A DNA stretch of 64,000 nucleotides from Chiloscyllium plagiosum (GCF_004010195.1 NC_057720.1:20290092-20354091); one strand, 5' to 3'; positions 24,609 to 37,956 are shown, numbered from the stretch's first letter. Numbers and translations: made by a program. Notes: generated by a model not told the origin, from the sequence alone.

Positions 24609-25668
24609 TAATCTGGACAAATGTGAGGTGATGCTTTTTGGAAGATCCAATTCAAGAGCAAAATATATGCAAAATGGAAAAGCCCTGGTGATAATTGATG
24701 TAAGAGAGATCTGGGTGCTCAGGTTTACTTACCCTGAAGGTGGCAACACAGGTCAATAGAATAGTCAAGAAAGCATATGGCATGCTTTCCTTCATCAGAA
24801 GGGATACTGAGTAGAAGAGTTGACAGGTCGTGTTACAGTTGTATAAGGCTTTGGTTTGGTCACATTTGGAATACTGCGTACAGTTCTGGTCACCACATTG
24901 CCAAAAGGATGTGGATGTTTTGGAAAGGGTGTAGAGAATGTTCACCAGGATGTTGACTGGTATGGAGGGTGCTAGCTGTGAAGAGAGGTTGAGTAGATTA
25001 AGATTATTTTCATTAGAAAGACAATGGTTGAGGGGGATACCAGAGTGAGGTCTACAAAATCATGAGAGGTATAGACAGGGTGGGTAGCAAGAAGCTTTTT
25101 TCCCAGAGTGGGGGACTCAATTACTAGGGGTCACGAGTTCAAGGTGAGAAGGGAAAAGTTTAAGGGAGATATGGTTGGAGAGTTCTTTAAGCAGGGCATG
25201 GTGGGTGCCTGGAACACATTGCTAGCGGAGGTGGGCAAGATATTGTCATTTAAGATGATTTTAGACAGATACATGAATGGGCAGGGAGCAGAGGGATACA
25301 GATCCTTAGAAAACCGTGGGCTCAGTGGTTAGCATTGCTGCCTCACAGCGCTAGGGACCCGGGTTCAATTCCCGCCTCAGGCGACTGACTGTGTAGAGTT
25401 TGCACATTCTCCCCGTGTCTGTGTAGGTTTCCTCCCACAGTCCAAAAAAGTGCAGGCTAGGTGGATTGGCCAGGCTAAATTGCTCATAGAGTTAGGTGAA
25501 GGGATAAAATATAGGGGAATAGGTGTGGGTGGGTCGGTGTGGACTTGTTGGGCCAAAGGGCCTGTTTCTACACTAATTAATCTAAAACAGGCGACAGGTT
25601 TAGCATAGAGGATATGGATCAGCACAGGCTTGGAGGGCCAAAGGTGTGCTGTAAGGTTCTTTGTTCTT
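24609..25668 (+). mobile_element. CR1 LINE 3' fragment containing an HE1 SINE
   Basis: LNLDKCEVMLFG and TRGHEFKVR motifs. Confidence 0.88.
25314..25584 (+). mobile_element. HE1-type SINE
   Basis: GCTCAGTGGTTAGC...GGTTCAATTCC head and HE1 core. Confidence 0.88.
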
Positions 25669-27148
25669 TGTTGGTTCAGAGATAAGGAAACTATCACGAC
25701 AACACAATGGCCCCTCCAAGTCTGCTTTTTTTGTTTTTTTCACATAACTGAGTGACTTTCCCACCACCAAATCACCATGACTTTTTTTTGTTTCATTTAA
25801 ACCACTAACCATACCAGTGTAGCCAATGAAATATTTAAAAGCGAACTCCATTATGGGCAATATAGACCATCAAAAGTGAGGGGAGGGGATAGGAGAGAAG
25901 GAAGGAGCTAAATCAAAATGGAGTTAGAGGGGGTGATAAAGCACTGAATCCTCCACAGTGCCCATTTCTCTCTAAAGTCATCAGCAGCATTGATGGGCAC
26001 AGTGTGCTCCCTCTCCATGAACACTTAGGCATAAACATAACTGCAGACTGGATCTACTTTATAAGGGGCTCAGATTATGAGTTCCAGCTGGGCAGGCCAA
26101 TGCCTTTTGCCAACTCATACGCAGCGAGTACCACAGGGAGATTAAATAATGATTCTCAATGAACCTTGTAGGGGTTAACACAGAGTCATATTGCCTTGCT
26201 GGCATAGGCAACCTTTTGACCTCAAGCACGCCTTGACAAATATGGTCCAAGGTGTGGGGAAAATGGCATGCTAGCAGCACCAGTATACACAGGCCCCATC
26301 CACTGTCACCTCCTCCCACTGTTGGGAACCATACATTCAAGCCTTACATCAGTTGATGGGCATTATTGCACTATAGTGGCTGTCTGAGGTCAGAAAGGGA
26401 GAAATCAGCAGTTTATTAACGGATCTTTTGCAGAAACATCAACTGTGCTTGAAATTTCACTGCATCGTGCTTGATATTATCAGCTTCAAGCTCAGATTTC
26501 CCACAGTGTTTTAACAAAAATAAGATTACAAGAATTTCCAGAAAAACATGTTAATTATCTTCAGATGGCAAGCCAGTGGATGCGCTTGACTGAACTCATT
26601 ATAAAATCTCTTTCAGTGGTACTCTGCATAATGCTGCTGTTATGCTACAGCAATTGGTGTGGAAACAAAGCAGACCTGGAACAGCAGTAAAAGAGGAGGA
26701 ATTAAGTTGCTTAAGCTGTGTGACTGTAAACTTCTCAACTTCGGTTTTCTCAGTACTGGATAGCAGTGGTTATGTAGGAGTGGCGGGAGACGGTGATCAT
26801 GGTGTGTTGGTGGAGGGGAAGCAGAATATCTTGAGTGCGGTTATTGCGATGCCTACATTTTATAATGAAACTTCTGACACTTGCTGGAATTGTGTGATGT
26901 CTGGCAGATTGGGGAGGAAGTATCAGGTCATAGTAAAGTCAGCATGAAGAGTGCTCTGTGTGGTGGTGAAGGGGTTGGCAATGTTGGCAAGGGGAAGTGA
27001 GGATTGAGCCACGAGTGAGAGCTTCCCAGTAACACTTGGCAATGAATATAATTGTTGTGCTGGAGTTCCATTTTGATTTCTACAAGGCAGCTTTGATCAG
27101 TGTGTCTCAATTGCCAGTTTCACTGATGCTTTTCTTTCCTGCTTCCAG

Positions 27149-27193
27149 GCAAGGAAGTCTTGGCTTATCAGAGAAGAAAATCTGGAGCAAAAT
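27149..27193 (+). other. Candidate 45-bp internal exon of an unidentified gene
   Basis: Branch-like CACTGAT, pyrimidine tract TTTTCTTTCCTGCTTCCAG, donor AAT/GTAAGA, frame-preserving, no stop in any frame. Confidence 0.3.
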
Positions 27194-28094
27194 GTAAGAA
27201 ACCACTTTGAAACTTGTGACACACTGCACAGTACTGGATTTAATTGCATTCAGATCTTGACGTGAATATTTCTAGTTTGCCCCTGGACCTGGAAGTACAA
27301 ATGAAGGCCACTGGGTGTGCAGCTGAAAGGACAAGATAAGAAACAGTGCCACTTTTAACCCCTGCGCGGCCACCTATTATTGTGACTCAGAGATTTAAAA
27401 TTTGGGCTTTCCTCTAAACACTAACTCAAGGGGAGATTTAGAAGTTTCAAGCCCTCACATACTTTGTCCTCAAGCATTTCATGAGGGGATGAAATACCTT
27501 TGAGGCTCTGTTAGTTTGAGGTAGACATAAAAACATCACATGGCATGAGGTTAGGAGATCTCCCCGTGAGCTGGTCATGACTTATATTTCAATCAATACC
27601 AATAAAGAAAATATCAGCTGGTCAATGGTCCCATTGAGTTGGTTGTTGCTTTCACCAACAACAGTAACCACACTTCAAAATGTCTCATTGGTGTTTACAG
27701 GATGTTCAAGGGATATAGAAACATGGAAAATAAATATGAGTTCCTTTACTCTTTCCAAGAAAAATCAAAAACCACGTGTCAATGCTATTCTTATGACAGC
27801 AGATTCCATTTTAGCAATGGATTATTTCCTGACAGTGGACAAACTTCCTCATTCATTACATGACACATGGCACAAAATAGTCTGAAACTTCAGTTCAGAT
27901 CCTTGAAAGTCAGTGCTTATTAGTACACCCCAAGTCCCTCCTTTTCAAAGAAAATAATGCATTGAGGAATGAATGTTCATTGAGATCACAGAAAATTTAC
28001 CGTAATAGAACATGTTGTGCCATTAGCCATGCATTAGATAGGATTTTATAGACAAAGGCATCAAAGTTGGATGGGGCCTGGAAGATCAGGGATC

Positions 28095-28425
28095 AGGTCA
28101 TACAGATTACAGCTGAGGTGCCTGAGGTGCCACAGGCTTGGCTGCACTCCTCTAGGAGCCATTACTGTCACCAGGATCCAGAATAGAAAACCGACTGGTG
28201 AACCAAATTGTCTCAGGTACTCCTGTGTAGTTCTCTTGGACCATTGGGTAGTCACTCATTCCTTACCTGCTTGCGTGGTTCTGTCCTGTGGTGTCACCAC
28301 CTCCCTAAATGTGCTTTCCATATAGTACTGTGCCTCACAGATGCACCATAGTGATTGTAGCCACCACGGGAGCTCCAAATCCCACATATTTTTGCAGTCA
28401 GTGACACTTGCTGCACTCGAGCATC
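28095..28425 (-). mobile_element. CR1 ORF1-like fragment
   Basis: Cys-rich SVTDCKNMWDLE segment resembling the CR1 ORF1 N-terminal zinc finger. Confidence 0.45.
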
Positions 28426-28904
28426 TAGATATAAACAACTGGGATCAACTGAATCTCTTGAAGAGTATAAAGTACATAGAGGCATTGTTAAGCAGGATGT
28501 GGGGTGCTGATGCTGGACTGGGGTGGACAAAGTTAAAAATCATACAACACCAATAGGAGTATACTTAAGAGGGAAATCAAGAGGGCAAAAAGGGGACATG
28601 AGATAGCTTTGGCAAATAGAGTTGAGGAGAATCCAAAGGGTTTTTACAAATACATTAAGGACAAAGGGTAACTAGGGAGAGAATAGGTCCCTTCAAAGAT
28701 CAGTAAGGCGGCCTTTGTGTGGAGCCGCAGGAGATGGGGGAGATACTAAATAAGTATTTTGTTTCAGTGTTTACTGTGGAAAAGGACATGGAAGATATAG
28801 AAGTATGGAAAAAGATGGTGACATCTTGAAAAATGTCCATATTACAGAGAGGGAAGTGCTGGAAGTGCATAAAAATGGGTAAGTCTCCAGGATCTGATCA
28901 GGTG

Positions 28905-29044
28905 ACTCTCTGCTCATTCCTGAAGAAGGGCATGTGCCCGAAACGTCGAATCTTCTGTTCCCTAGATGCTGCCTGACCTGCTGTGCTGTTCCAGCAATAA
29001 AGTTTCAGCTTTGATCTCCAGCGTCTGCAGACCTCACTTTCTCC
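28905..29044 (+). mobile_element. Short Penelope pseudo-LTR insertion
   Basis: 12-bp TSD TCTGATCAGGTG (28893-28904 / 29045-29056) inside CR1. Confidence 0.9.
28916..28951 (+). ncRNA. Minimal type I hammerhead ribozyme
   Basis: ATTC-CTGAAGA-AGGGCATGTGCCC-GAAACGTC-GAAT: stem I ATTC/GAAT, stem II GGGCA/TGCCC, GUC triplet. Confidence 0.72.
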
Positions 29045-30862
29045 TCTGATCAGGTGTACCCTAGAATTCTGTGGGAAGCTAGAGAAGTGATTGCTGGGCC
29101 TCTTGCTGAGATATTTGTATCATCGATAGTCACAGGTGAGGTGCCAGAAGACTGGAGATTGGCTAATGTGGTGCCATTGTTTAAGAAAGGTGATAAGGAC
29201 AAGCCAGGGAACTATAGACTGGTGAGCCTGACGTCAGTGGTGGGCAAGTTGTTGGAGGGAACCCTGAGGGACAGGATGTACATGTATTTGGAAAGGTAAG
29301 GACTGATTAGGGAGAGTCAGCATGGCTTTGTGCGTGGGATATCATGTCTCACAAATTTGATTGAGTTTTTTTGAAGAAGTAACAAAGAGGATGGATGAGA
29401 GTAGAGTGGTGGACATGATCTATATGGACTTCAATAAGGCGTTTGACAAGGTTCCCCCTGGGAGACTGGTTATCAAAGTTAGATCTCATGGAATACAGGG
29501 AGAACTAGCCATTTGGATGCAGAACTGGCTTAAAGGTAGAAGACAGAGGGTGGTGGTGGAGGGTTGTTTTTCAGACTGGAGGCCTGTGACCAGTGGAGTG
29601 CCACAAGCATCAGTGCTGGGTTCACTACTTTTTGTCATTTATATAAATGATTTCGATCTGAGCATAAGAAGTACAGTTAGTAAGTTTGCAGATGATACTA
29701 AAATTAGAGGTGTAGTGGACAGCGAAGAAAGTTACCTTAGATTACAACAGGATCTTGATCAGATGGACCAATGGGCTGAGAAGTGGCAGATGGAGTTTAA
29801 TTTAGATAAATGCGAGGTGCTGCATTTTGGGAAAACAAATCTTAGCAGGACTTATACATTTAATGGTAAGGTCCTAGGGTATGTTGCTGAACAAAGAGAC
29901 CTTGGAGTGCAGGTAACATAGCTCCTTGAAAGTGGAGTCGCAGGTAGATAGGATAGTGAAGAAGGCGTTCCTTTATTGGTCAGAGTATTGAGTACAGGAG
30001 TTGGGAGGTCATGTTGCGGCTGTACAGGACATTGGTTAGGCCACTGTTGGAATATTGCATGCAATTCTGGTCTCCTTCCCATCAGATGTTGTGAAATTTG
30101 AAAGGGTTCAGAAAAGATTTACAAGGATGTTGCCAGTGGTGGAGGTTTTGAGCTATAGGGAGACATTGAATAGGCTGGGGCTGTTTTCCCTGGAACGTCG
30201 GAGGCTGAGGGGTGTCTTTATCGAGGTTTATAAAATCATGAGGATCATGGATAGGATAAATAGATAAAGTCACTTCCCTGGGGTGGGGTGTCCAGAACTA
30301 GAGGGCGTAGGTTTAGGGTGAGAGGGGAAAGATATAAAAGAGAATCAATCGGCAGAGGGTGGTACGTGTATGGAATGAGCTGCCAGAAGAAGTGGTGGAG
30401 GCTGGTACAATTGCAACATTCAAAAGGCATTTGGATGGGTATATGAATAGGAAGGGTTTGGAGGAATATGGGCTGGGTGCTGGCAGGTGGGACTAGACTG
30501 GGTTAGGATATTTGGTCAGCATGGACAGGTTGGACCGAAGGGCCTGTTTCCATGCTGTACATCTCTATGACTCTATGACCAGGTTAAAATCCAACAGGTT
30601 TATTTCAAAGTTTAAGCTTTCGTAGCATTGCTCCTTCGTCAGGTAGCTAATGGGGCAGGATCATGCGACATAGAGTTTATAGTAAAAGATCAAAGTGTCA
30701 TCCAACTGATACGAATGATTGAACAAAGCTAGATTTCTGTTAAGTCTTGAATCACTTAGAATGAGGATGCAGGTTTTGAGTGATTAAAGACTTAGTAGCA
30801 CTCTAAGTTTGTTCAATACTTCATATCAGTTGTACGACACTTTGATCTTTTACTAGAACATC

Positions 30863-31512
30863 TTAAGAAGGAAATCAGGATGACAAAGGGGATATGAGAT
30901 CGCCTTGGCAGATAAAGTTAAAGATATTCCAGAAAGATTCTACAAAGACATTAGGAACAAGAGAGCAACAAAAGCCAGATTAGGACCCTTAGAGATCAAC
31001 AAGGTCATCTTTGTGTTGAAAGTTAAAAATCACACAACACCAGGTTATAGTCCAACAGGTTTAATTGGAAGCACACTAGCTTTCGGAGTGACGCTCCTTC
31101 ATCAGGTGGAGGGCTCCTGATGAAGGAGTGACGCTCCGAAAGCTAGTGTGCTTCCAATTAAACCTGTTGGACTATAACCTGGTGTTGTGTGATTTTTAAC
31201 TTTGTACACCCAGTCCAACACCGGCATCTCCAAATCATCTTTGTGTTGAATCTTGAGAATGGAAAAGATATTAAATGAATATTTCGTGTCAGTTTTTACT
31301 GTTGAGAAAGATATGGAGGCTAGAGCACTCAGGGAAATAAATATTAATGTTTTGAAAACAGTTCACATTACAGAAGAGGAAGGGCTGGAGGTCTTAAAAA
31401 ACATAAAGGTCGATAAACTTCCAGGATTTGATCAAGTGTATCCTAGGATGTTGTGGGAACATGGTTGGCAAAGATTGGTTGGATCAAAGGGTCTGTTTCC
31501 ATGATGTATGAT
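30863..31512 (+). mobile_element. Older CR1 fragment (continues from 28441-28497)
   Basis: ILNEYFVSVFTVEKD and PGFDQVYPRML remnants. Confidence 0.8.
31021..31234. mobile_element. Penelope-derived fold-back element, hammerhead cores on both strands
   Basis: ~86-bp inverted arms; cores CTGATGA-AGGAG..CTCC-GAAAGCTA at 31077-31105(-) and 31117-31145(+); 16-bp TSD TCATCTTTGTGTTGAA. Confidence 0.92.
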
Positions 31513-31604
31513 TCTAAGTATCTACTCCTTGCCCACATGTTGGCAGATGGATGTTCTACATGCTTCCCTGCCATATCATAAGTTTATTTTTAGATTTTTT
31601 TTCT

Positions 31605-32080
31605 TATTCATTCACAGGAGGTTGCCATTATTTGTTAGGCCAGCGCTTCTTTTTAATTACCCATCCTTAATTGCCCAAACGGCAGTTTGAAGAGTCAACC
31701 ACATTGCTGTGGGTCTGGAGTTATAGAACATAGAACAATACAGCACAGAACAGGCCCTTCGGCCCCTGATATTGCGTTGACCTGTGAACTATTCTCAGCT
31801 CTCCCATCATCATCCATGTGCTTATCCAAGGATTGTTTAAATCTCCCTATGTCGGCCAGACCAGGTAACGATGGCAGATGTCTTTCCCTAAAGAATATTA
31901 GTGAACCAGATGAGTTTTGCCAACAATCAATTCATGATCATCATTAGACCCTTAATTCCAGATTTTTACTGAATTCAAATTTCACATCTGCCATGGCAGG
32001 TTTCAAACCCAAATCCCCAGAACATTCCTTGGGTCTCTGGATTAACAACCCAGAGATAATACCACTAGGGCATCACCTCC
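31605..32080 (-). mobile_element. tRNA-derived SINE interrupted by a short CR1 tail
   Basis: Reverse complement of the 34960-35280 family; TAGAACATAGAAC insert at about 31722-31850. Confidence 0.7.
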
Positions 32081-34959
32081 CCCTTCACTATGAATTAGAG
32101 AATTTTAGAATAGAAAATAGAATAACCCACCCTTACTTACCATCAGCTCATTTTTCTGTACCTTTAATCTGGTTACTTAAGACTAACAGCAATGTCTGCA
32201 GGGTGATAAAAAGTAAAATTAAACCTCCCTCCCTTCCTCGGATAACTACCTCAACGCCCCCCCACCCTGACACTCCATTCAAACAGTACTCAGTGCTAAC
32301 AATCTTGTATAGGTACATATGGTGCCTGAATGTCTCTCAATGCAAACAGACTTGCCAGAAACATGCTAACCCTGACTGCCCCTCAGCATCAAAGCTGATG
32401 TCCTGAAGTCCTGAAGTGGTGGTTGAGATAGATCAGGAGCAGGATGAAGCTGTGTGGTTGGTGCTTTGCCAATGCTAAGTTGCTTGGTTCAACGGTCCAG
32501 AGGAGCATGACCATTGGCCATAGTAAGCAGTACCTTGTAAAGGGAAACAAGATGGCCAGCATAGCCATTCTGCGAGCAGCAATGGATATTGGTAACAAAT
32601 CGCCAAGTGCCCATTTTGTTTTACCAGATTTTGAACTCACCATCTCGGGCCTAAGGACTTAATTGGGTAAACCTTTCTTGATGCCCAGAATCTGATTGTT
32701 GGACTCAGCTATCTTGCTTGCCACCTTCTCTCCACCTCAGAGAAGAGAACACTCTGTTCAGAGTTAAGGTTTTGAGTCCAATATGATTCTTCTTCAGAAC
32801 TGAAAAGAGGTTGAAATGTGATGGATTTTATGCTATTGAGAAAGGTGAGACAGTCAAATAAAAGCATAAGGAAGTCAGGGATTGGTTAGCAGACTGGGAA
32901 GGTCAGTTGACAATAAAGGAAATGGGACAAGGGGCAAAAGAGTGGTACAAGTTATGATAAAGAAACAAACTTGGTCCAGGCTGGGTGATAAACTTTAACT
33001 TTCATTTAATTCACATCCAAATATTGAGTTACTGCAGCAATGATTGTGTCTAAATCTGTAAGCAAATATTTTCTGAATGAGACATAGATCTAGCTTTTCC
33101 AATTTTAAAATAGATAGATCTCATCGTGCAAACGACTGGATGAGATCTGTCAGCTACACAAGCACCCAACTCCACCCAACGACAGCATTGGTACACTGTC
33201 ACTCAACTCTGGTACATTAGCAAGAAGGTCTGGCAAAAATTATTGGTGGCGCATTTCAAACATCCTCTGGCTCCACCAAATGGGATTTTCTACCAGTGAC
33301 TGCAAATAGCAAGAACCATTTGTGGGAATCATTTCCCATTTAAGCAAATGTACTGCAATGATGTGTGAGAATTGGATGGCGAGGGCTTACTGCTTATTTC
33401 TGGTACGGGATTTTGTCTTCTGTGGTCAAAACTGAGTAGCATCTTCTGATTGAAGAAAGAATCTCTATTACAGTAGGAAATCATAAAATACAGGAAATGC
33501 ACAAGAAAAGTCAGTCCATTAATCAGGGAAATGACAGATCCATGTCTTGTTTGTAGCCTTTATTTAGAATTATGAGCAATGCAGGTTCCTGAACAGCTTT
33601 TTCGGAACAGGATTAAGGTAGGGTGTGGGGATAGTGGCTGACTAGGTGAAAACACGCAAATGGCGCAATCAAGAGTGTGAATACTTCCCTTGTCATACAG
33701 AAACAATTACAATTCCAATAGCCAACAACCAACATAAAAAGTACAGGTGACAAAACAGGAAAGTTACTGAACAAAATGTCACATAGCCAGACAATGCACA
33801 TGTGCAACAGAGGTCCCCACACTATCGCTGATTTACATAATGACCTATTTCTAACTGCAAATGTAAAAACAAGCCAAGTCCACATGATTGCTTCATTCCA
33901 AGGCCTGGCCTGTTATATTCAAGCAATTATCAATCCCTTTATTATTCCTCAATCCTGCGACCACAGGTCTACGTACTGTATGGTGGGTAATGACAGATTA
34001 AACAATTTACTGCTTCAGAGAATGTTGGCTTCCATGTGTTGTGGTTTTCCATTATAAATTCAGGCTGCCACGTAGCAATGGGTTTATTTATATCCCATTG
34101 AATCAACTGTCGTTGTTCAATTTGTTGCTATTGATTTTTAGCTTCTGGTAAGCCCTGGAAATGATTGCAGATGAGGCATAATGGAGAATGTAACTTGGGT
34201 GGCGATCATTTTCATGGATGTCTGACTATTTTGTATCCTGCTCGAGTTTTCAAAAGACTTGGGCAGCCTGCAACGTTGCTGTCTGAAATAGTCTCATTAT
34301 GAGCAAGGGACGAGTGAGAAATGCTACATCTATGCGTAGTGAGTTCTTACAACTCTCCAGCTGAGGCACATGAGTCAGACTGAGATTTTAACCGTTGGTA
34401 CGATGAACTAAATAATACTTGGTGCTAGCGATTACAGGACAATGAGTAGTGCATTCCCTTGTCTTAGCACCCCTCATCTTGATTAGCAGGAATGAATTGT
34501 AAAAGATATTATAAAATTGGAACGACATATGTCAGAATTTAGAGGAATGCAGATATGAAGCACTTGATATCTACTTGAACCAAGATGTGTGTAAAAATTA
34601 ATCTGTGGTTTGATAACAGTTTATTTCTCTAAATGATAGTGCATTGATCGTTTATTGTGTATGAAATTCTTCAACTCTATCTATACTTAACATTCCATTG
34701 CTAAATGTGATGACACATTCTTGAATAATTTGCACATTTCAGAATGGTTAGTTTCAAGCTCCCACTCCAGTGGAGTGCATCAATGCTGCACCCTTAAATC
34801 CTGAATTGCAAAGACATTACAGCATAAAAACTATTTGGTCAGTACCCTTTTAACTCACCACAGAACCTTGTTTGTTGAACCCTAAAGGCATAACCTGCAG
34901 TTCCTTTCTCCCGGAAAGTTTCACCTGCAATGCATCCATGCTGTACCTAAGCGGAGTTG

Positions 34960-35280
34960 ATGGCCCAGTGGTATTGTCACTAGACTAATAATTCAGAAAT
35001 ACAGGTAATGTCCTGGGACGGTCTCTGTTTAAATCCTTGCTATGGCAGATGGTGGAATTAGAATCTAATCAAAAACAAAATCTGGGATTAAAAATCTAAT
35101 GGCGTCCATTAAATCATTGCTGATTGTCAGGAAATATCCATCTGCTTCATGAATGTCCTTTCGGGAAGGAAACTGCCATTCTTACCTGATCTGGCCTAGA
35201 TGTGACTCCAGACCCTCCACTGCCCTCTGGGAAATAAATACTTGTCTAGCCAGTGACTTCCATGTCCTATGAATTAAAGA
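34960..35280 (+). mobile_element. tRNA-derived SINE
   Basis: TGGCCCAGTGGTATTGTCACTAGACT head, GGCAGATGGTGGAATT core, LINE-like tail. Confidence 0.7.
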
Positions 35281-35530
35281 AAAAAATTCATTTTAGCAAT
35301 TTCATTTGGTAGCGATTTTGATATTCCAACCATCATCTGGATAAAGAATGTCTCCTGAATTCCTTTTTATGTTTATTAATTGCTGTATTTTAGTTTGGGC
35401 TCCCCTATGTTTCACAGAACTATTACATCTCTGGAGACTGTAATTTGTGACAGTCTAAGTGTACTTTGATTCTCCTGCTAAAAGGTGGATGTTTACTTAT
35501 TGCAATCTCCAGTAAAGGTGATATCTTGGT

Positions 35531-35569
35531 TCTCTCTCTCTCTCTCCCTCTCCCTCTCTCTCTCTCTCT
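35531..35569. repeat. (CT)n microsatellite, interrupted
   Basis: Read directly. Confidence 0.95.
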
Positions 35570-37115
35570 GCTCTAACAACATTGTATAGGGCAGGCATTG
35601 CTCTTGTGGTGACGGATGTGGTTGCTCAGCATCCAGCCATTAACTTTTCCTTCCTAAAAGAGAATGATTTCAACATTGGGCATTTACACTGGAAAAAGAA
35701 ATTGCGAGCAAGTGAAACTGCTAATCCAGCACAGACCGTCTAAAATAACATTCCAGAGAAATGCCTGTTAACCATTACTTGAAATCTCCAAATATAATCA
35801 ATAAAATGAAAACTAAGGGTAAACAAGGTGATCCCTCTGTGTTACACCCAAATTCCTGGTTTCTGCAGAGTTGAATTCTGAAAATTTCAAATATCCCCTC
35901 TTCCCCCACACCAAATGACTGGAGCCTGGAACAAAAAGTAACACCACTTTGCTCTTTGGAAGAAATAATTTTCTTTTACTGTATATAAATTGGAAATTCT
36001 CACAAATTTTTCAGCATCTCATCCTATTCAAGAATAGGAGAGATCTACCTCTATGAATTACATAAGCATTAGTTCAGGTATTAAATACATTTAATTATGT
36101 CTTGGAGACATAAAACAACATGAAACTGCCTTCATATAACACTGTTAAGGAAATGCTCCAAATGGGGAATGAACATTGAACGGAAGTTGGAAGTACAGGG
36201 GAAGTGATAAAGGCTACATCTGGGGCAATAGCTTTTGGGAATGTACTTGAAGTTGAGGAGTGGTGTAGCAAGATGATAGGATATTAATGACTAGATAATC
36301 CCATTTAGGTGTTGTTGGTTGAAGAATAAATGAATAAAGAATAAATAAACAGGTGCCATCTGTACTCTCAGTCAAATAATGTCACAGGATCATTTGCATT
36401 CTTCTGAGAGCATACACAGTTTAGCGTTAAGTAGAAAGATACCACAACAATGTGGCACTCACTCAATACTACACTGAACTCTTATCTAAGGGGATGTGCT
36501 GAGAACAATGAAGAACATGCCAATGTTGTAACTGTACTAGAACAACTTGGCTAGGGTGCAGCTAGTTCTGGAGAGCAAATCTTCAGACTGCTGCTATGGT
36601 GTTATTCACAAAGAATTCATTTTCCTGTACCAATTGGCATTTAAACAGAATCCTTATTGGTAGTATTTATGGTTAGTCAAATATTTTTAATCATTTTTTT
36701 CCCACTTTATTAATTATTAAGCAATAATTTTTCAAGGTAAAAACAATATTCCTCCCTGGTTTCTTACAACAGATTGCTGGTGATCCTTTATTGTCAGATA
36801 CATGCCTGAGGTCTCTGAATACATGTATACAGGAACAAAGGATCAATTGGAGCACAATGAACTTCCTCCTGTACTCAATGAAATCATGGTTGCTTTGCAA
36901 TCTAACACTGCACACCTTACTCTGGCCCAAGATGACAGAGAAACCTAAAGTTTACATTGTATCTGTCTTCATTGGGGAAGATATAATGAATCATCTGGAA
37001 TTAAAGGTATTGGGAATTGGGACTAGAGAGAATGAGGATTTAAGGAAATTAATATAAGCAAGACGGTTATGTTGGAGAAATTAATGGGACTGAATGGTGA
37101 AAGGTTCCCGAATAT

Positions 37116-37956
37116 AGAGTCATAGAGTCATAGGGATGTACAGCATGGAAACAAACCCTTCGGTCCAACCTGTCCATACTGTCCAGATATCCCAACCTAA
37201 TCTAGACCCACCTGCCAGCACCCGGCCCATATCGCTCCAAACCCTTCCTATTCATATACCCATCCAAATGCCTCTTAAATGTTGCAATTGTACCAGCCTC
37301 CACCACATCCTCTGGCAGCTCATTCCACACACTTACCACCCTCTGTGTGAAAAAGTTGCCTCTTAGGTCTCTTTTATATCTTTTCCCTCTCACCCTAAAC
37401 CTATGCCCTCTAGTTCTGGACTCTTGACCCCAGGGAAAAGACTTTGTCTATTTATCCTATCCATGCCCCTCATAATTTTGTAAACCTCTATAAGGTCACC
37501 CCTCAGCCTCTGATGCTCCAGGGAAAACAGTCCCAGCCTGTTCAGTCTCTCCCTATAGCTCAGATCCTCCAACCCTGGCAACATCCTTGTAAATCTTTTC
37601 TGAACCCTTTCAAGTTTCACAACATCCTTCCGATAGGAAGGAGACCAGAATTGCACGCAATATTCCAATAGTGGCCTAATGAATGTCCTGTACAGCCTCA
37701 ACGTGACCTCACAACTCCTGTACTCAATACTCTGATCAATAAAGGAAAGCGTACCAAACATCTTCTTCACTATCCTATCTACCTGCAACTCCACTTTCAA
37801 GGAGCTATGTTACCTGCACACCAAGGTCTCTTTGTTCAGCAGCACTCCCTAGGACCTTACCATTAAGTATATAAGTCCTGCTAAGATTTGCTTTCCCAAA
37901 ATGCAGCACCTCGCATTTATCTGAATTAAACTCCATCTGCCACTTCTCAGCCCATT
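37116..37956 (-). mobile_element. CR1 (HER1-type) LINE 3' fragment
   Basis: [13 protein letters not shown] and RLRGDLIEVYKIM; CTCTATGA tail. Confidence 0.95.

Larger units (their letters stand above)
28553..30578 (+). mobile_element. CR1 (HER1-type) LINE, 5'-truncated, ORF2 RT with frameshifts
   Basis: PGNYRLVSLTSVVGK, YMDFNKAFDKV, SGVPQASVLG and KFADDTK; tail CTCTATGACTCTATGA. Confidence 0.95.

Noticed and set aside
25980..26950. Possible Harbinger transposase remnant (IDGHSV, TLHNAAV) and ORF 26642-26947
   Set aside because: Motif matches are too short and not in a continuous frame.
33116..33148. 10-bp inverted repeat AGATCTCATC / GATGAGATCT
   Set aside because: It is an isolated short hairpin with no supporting context.
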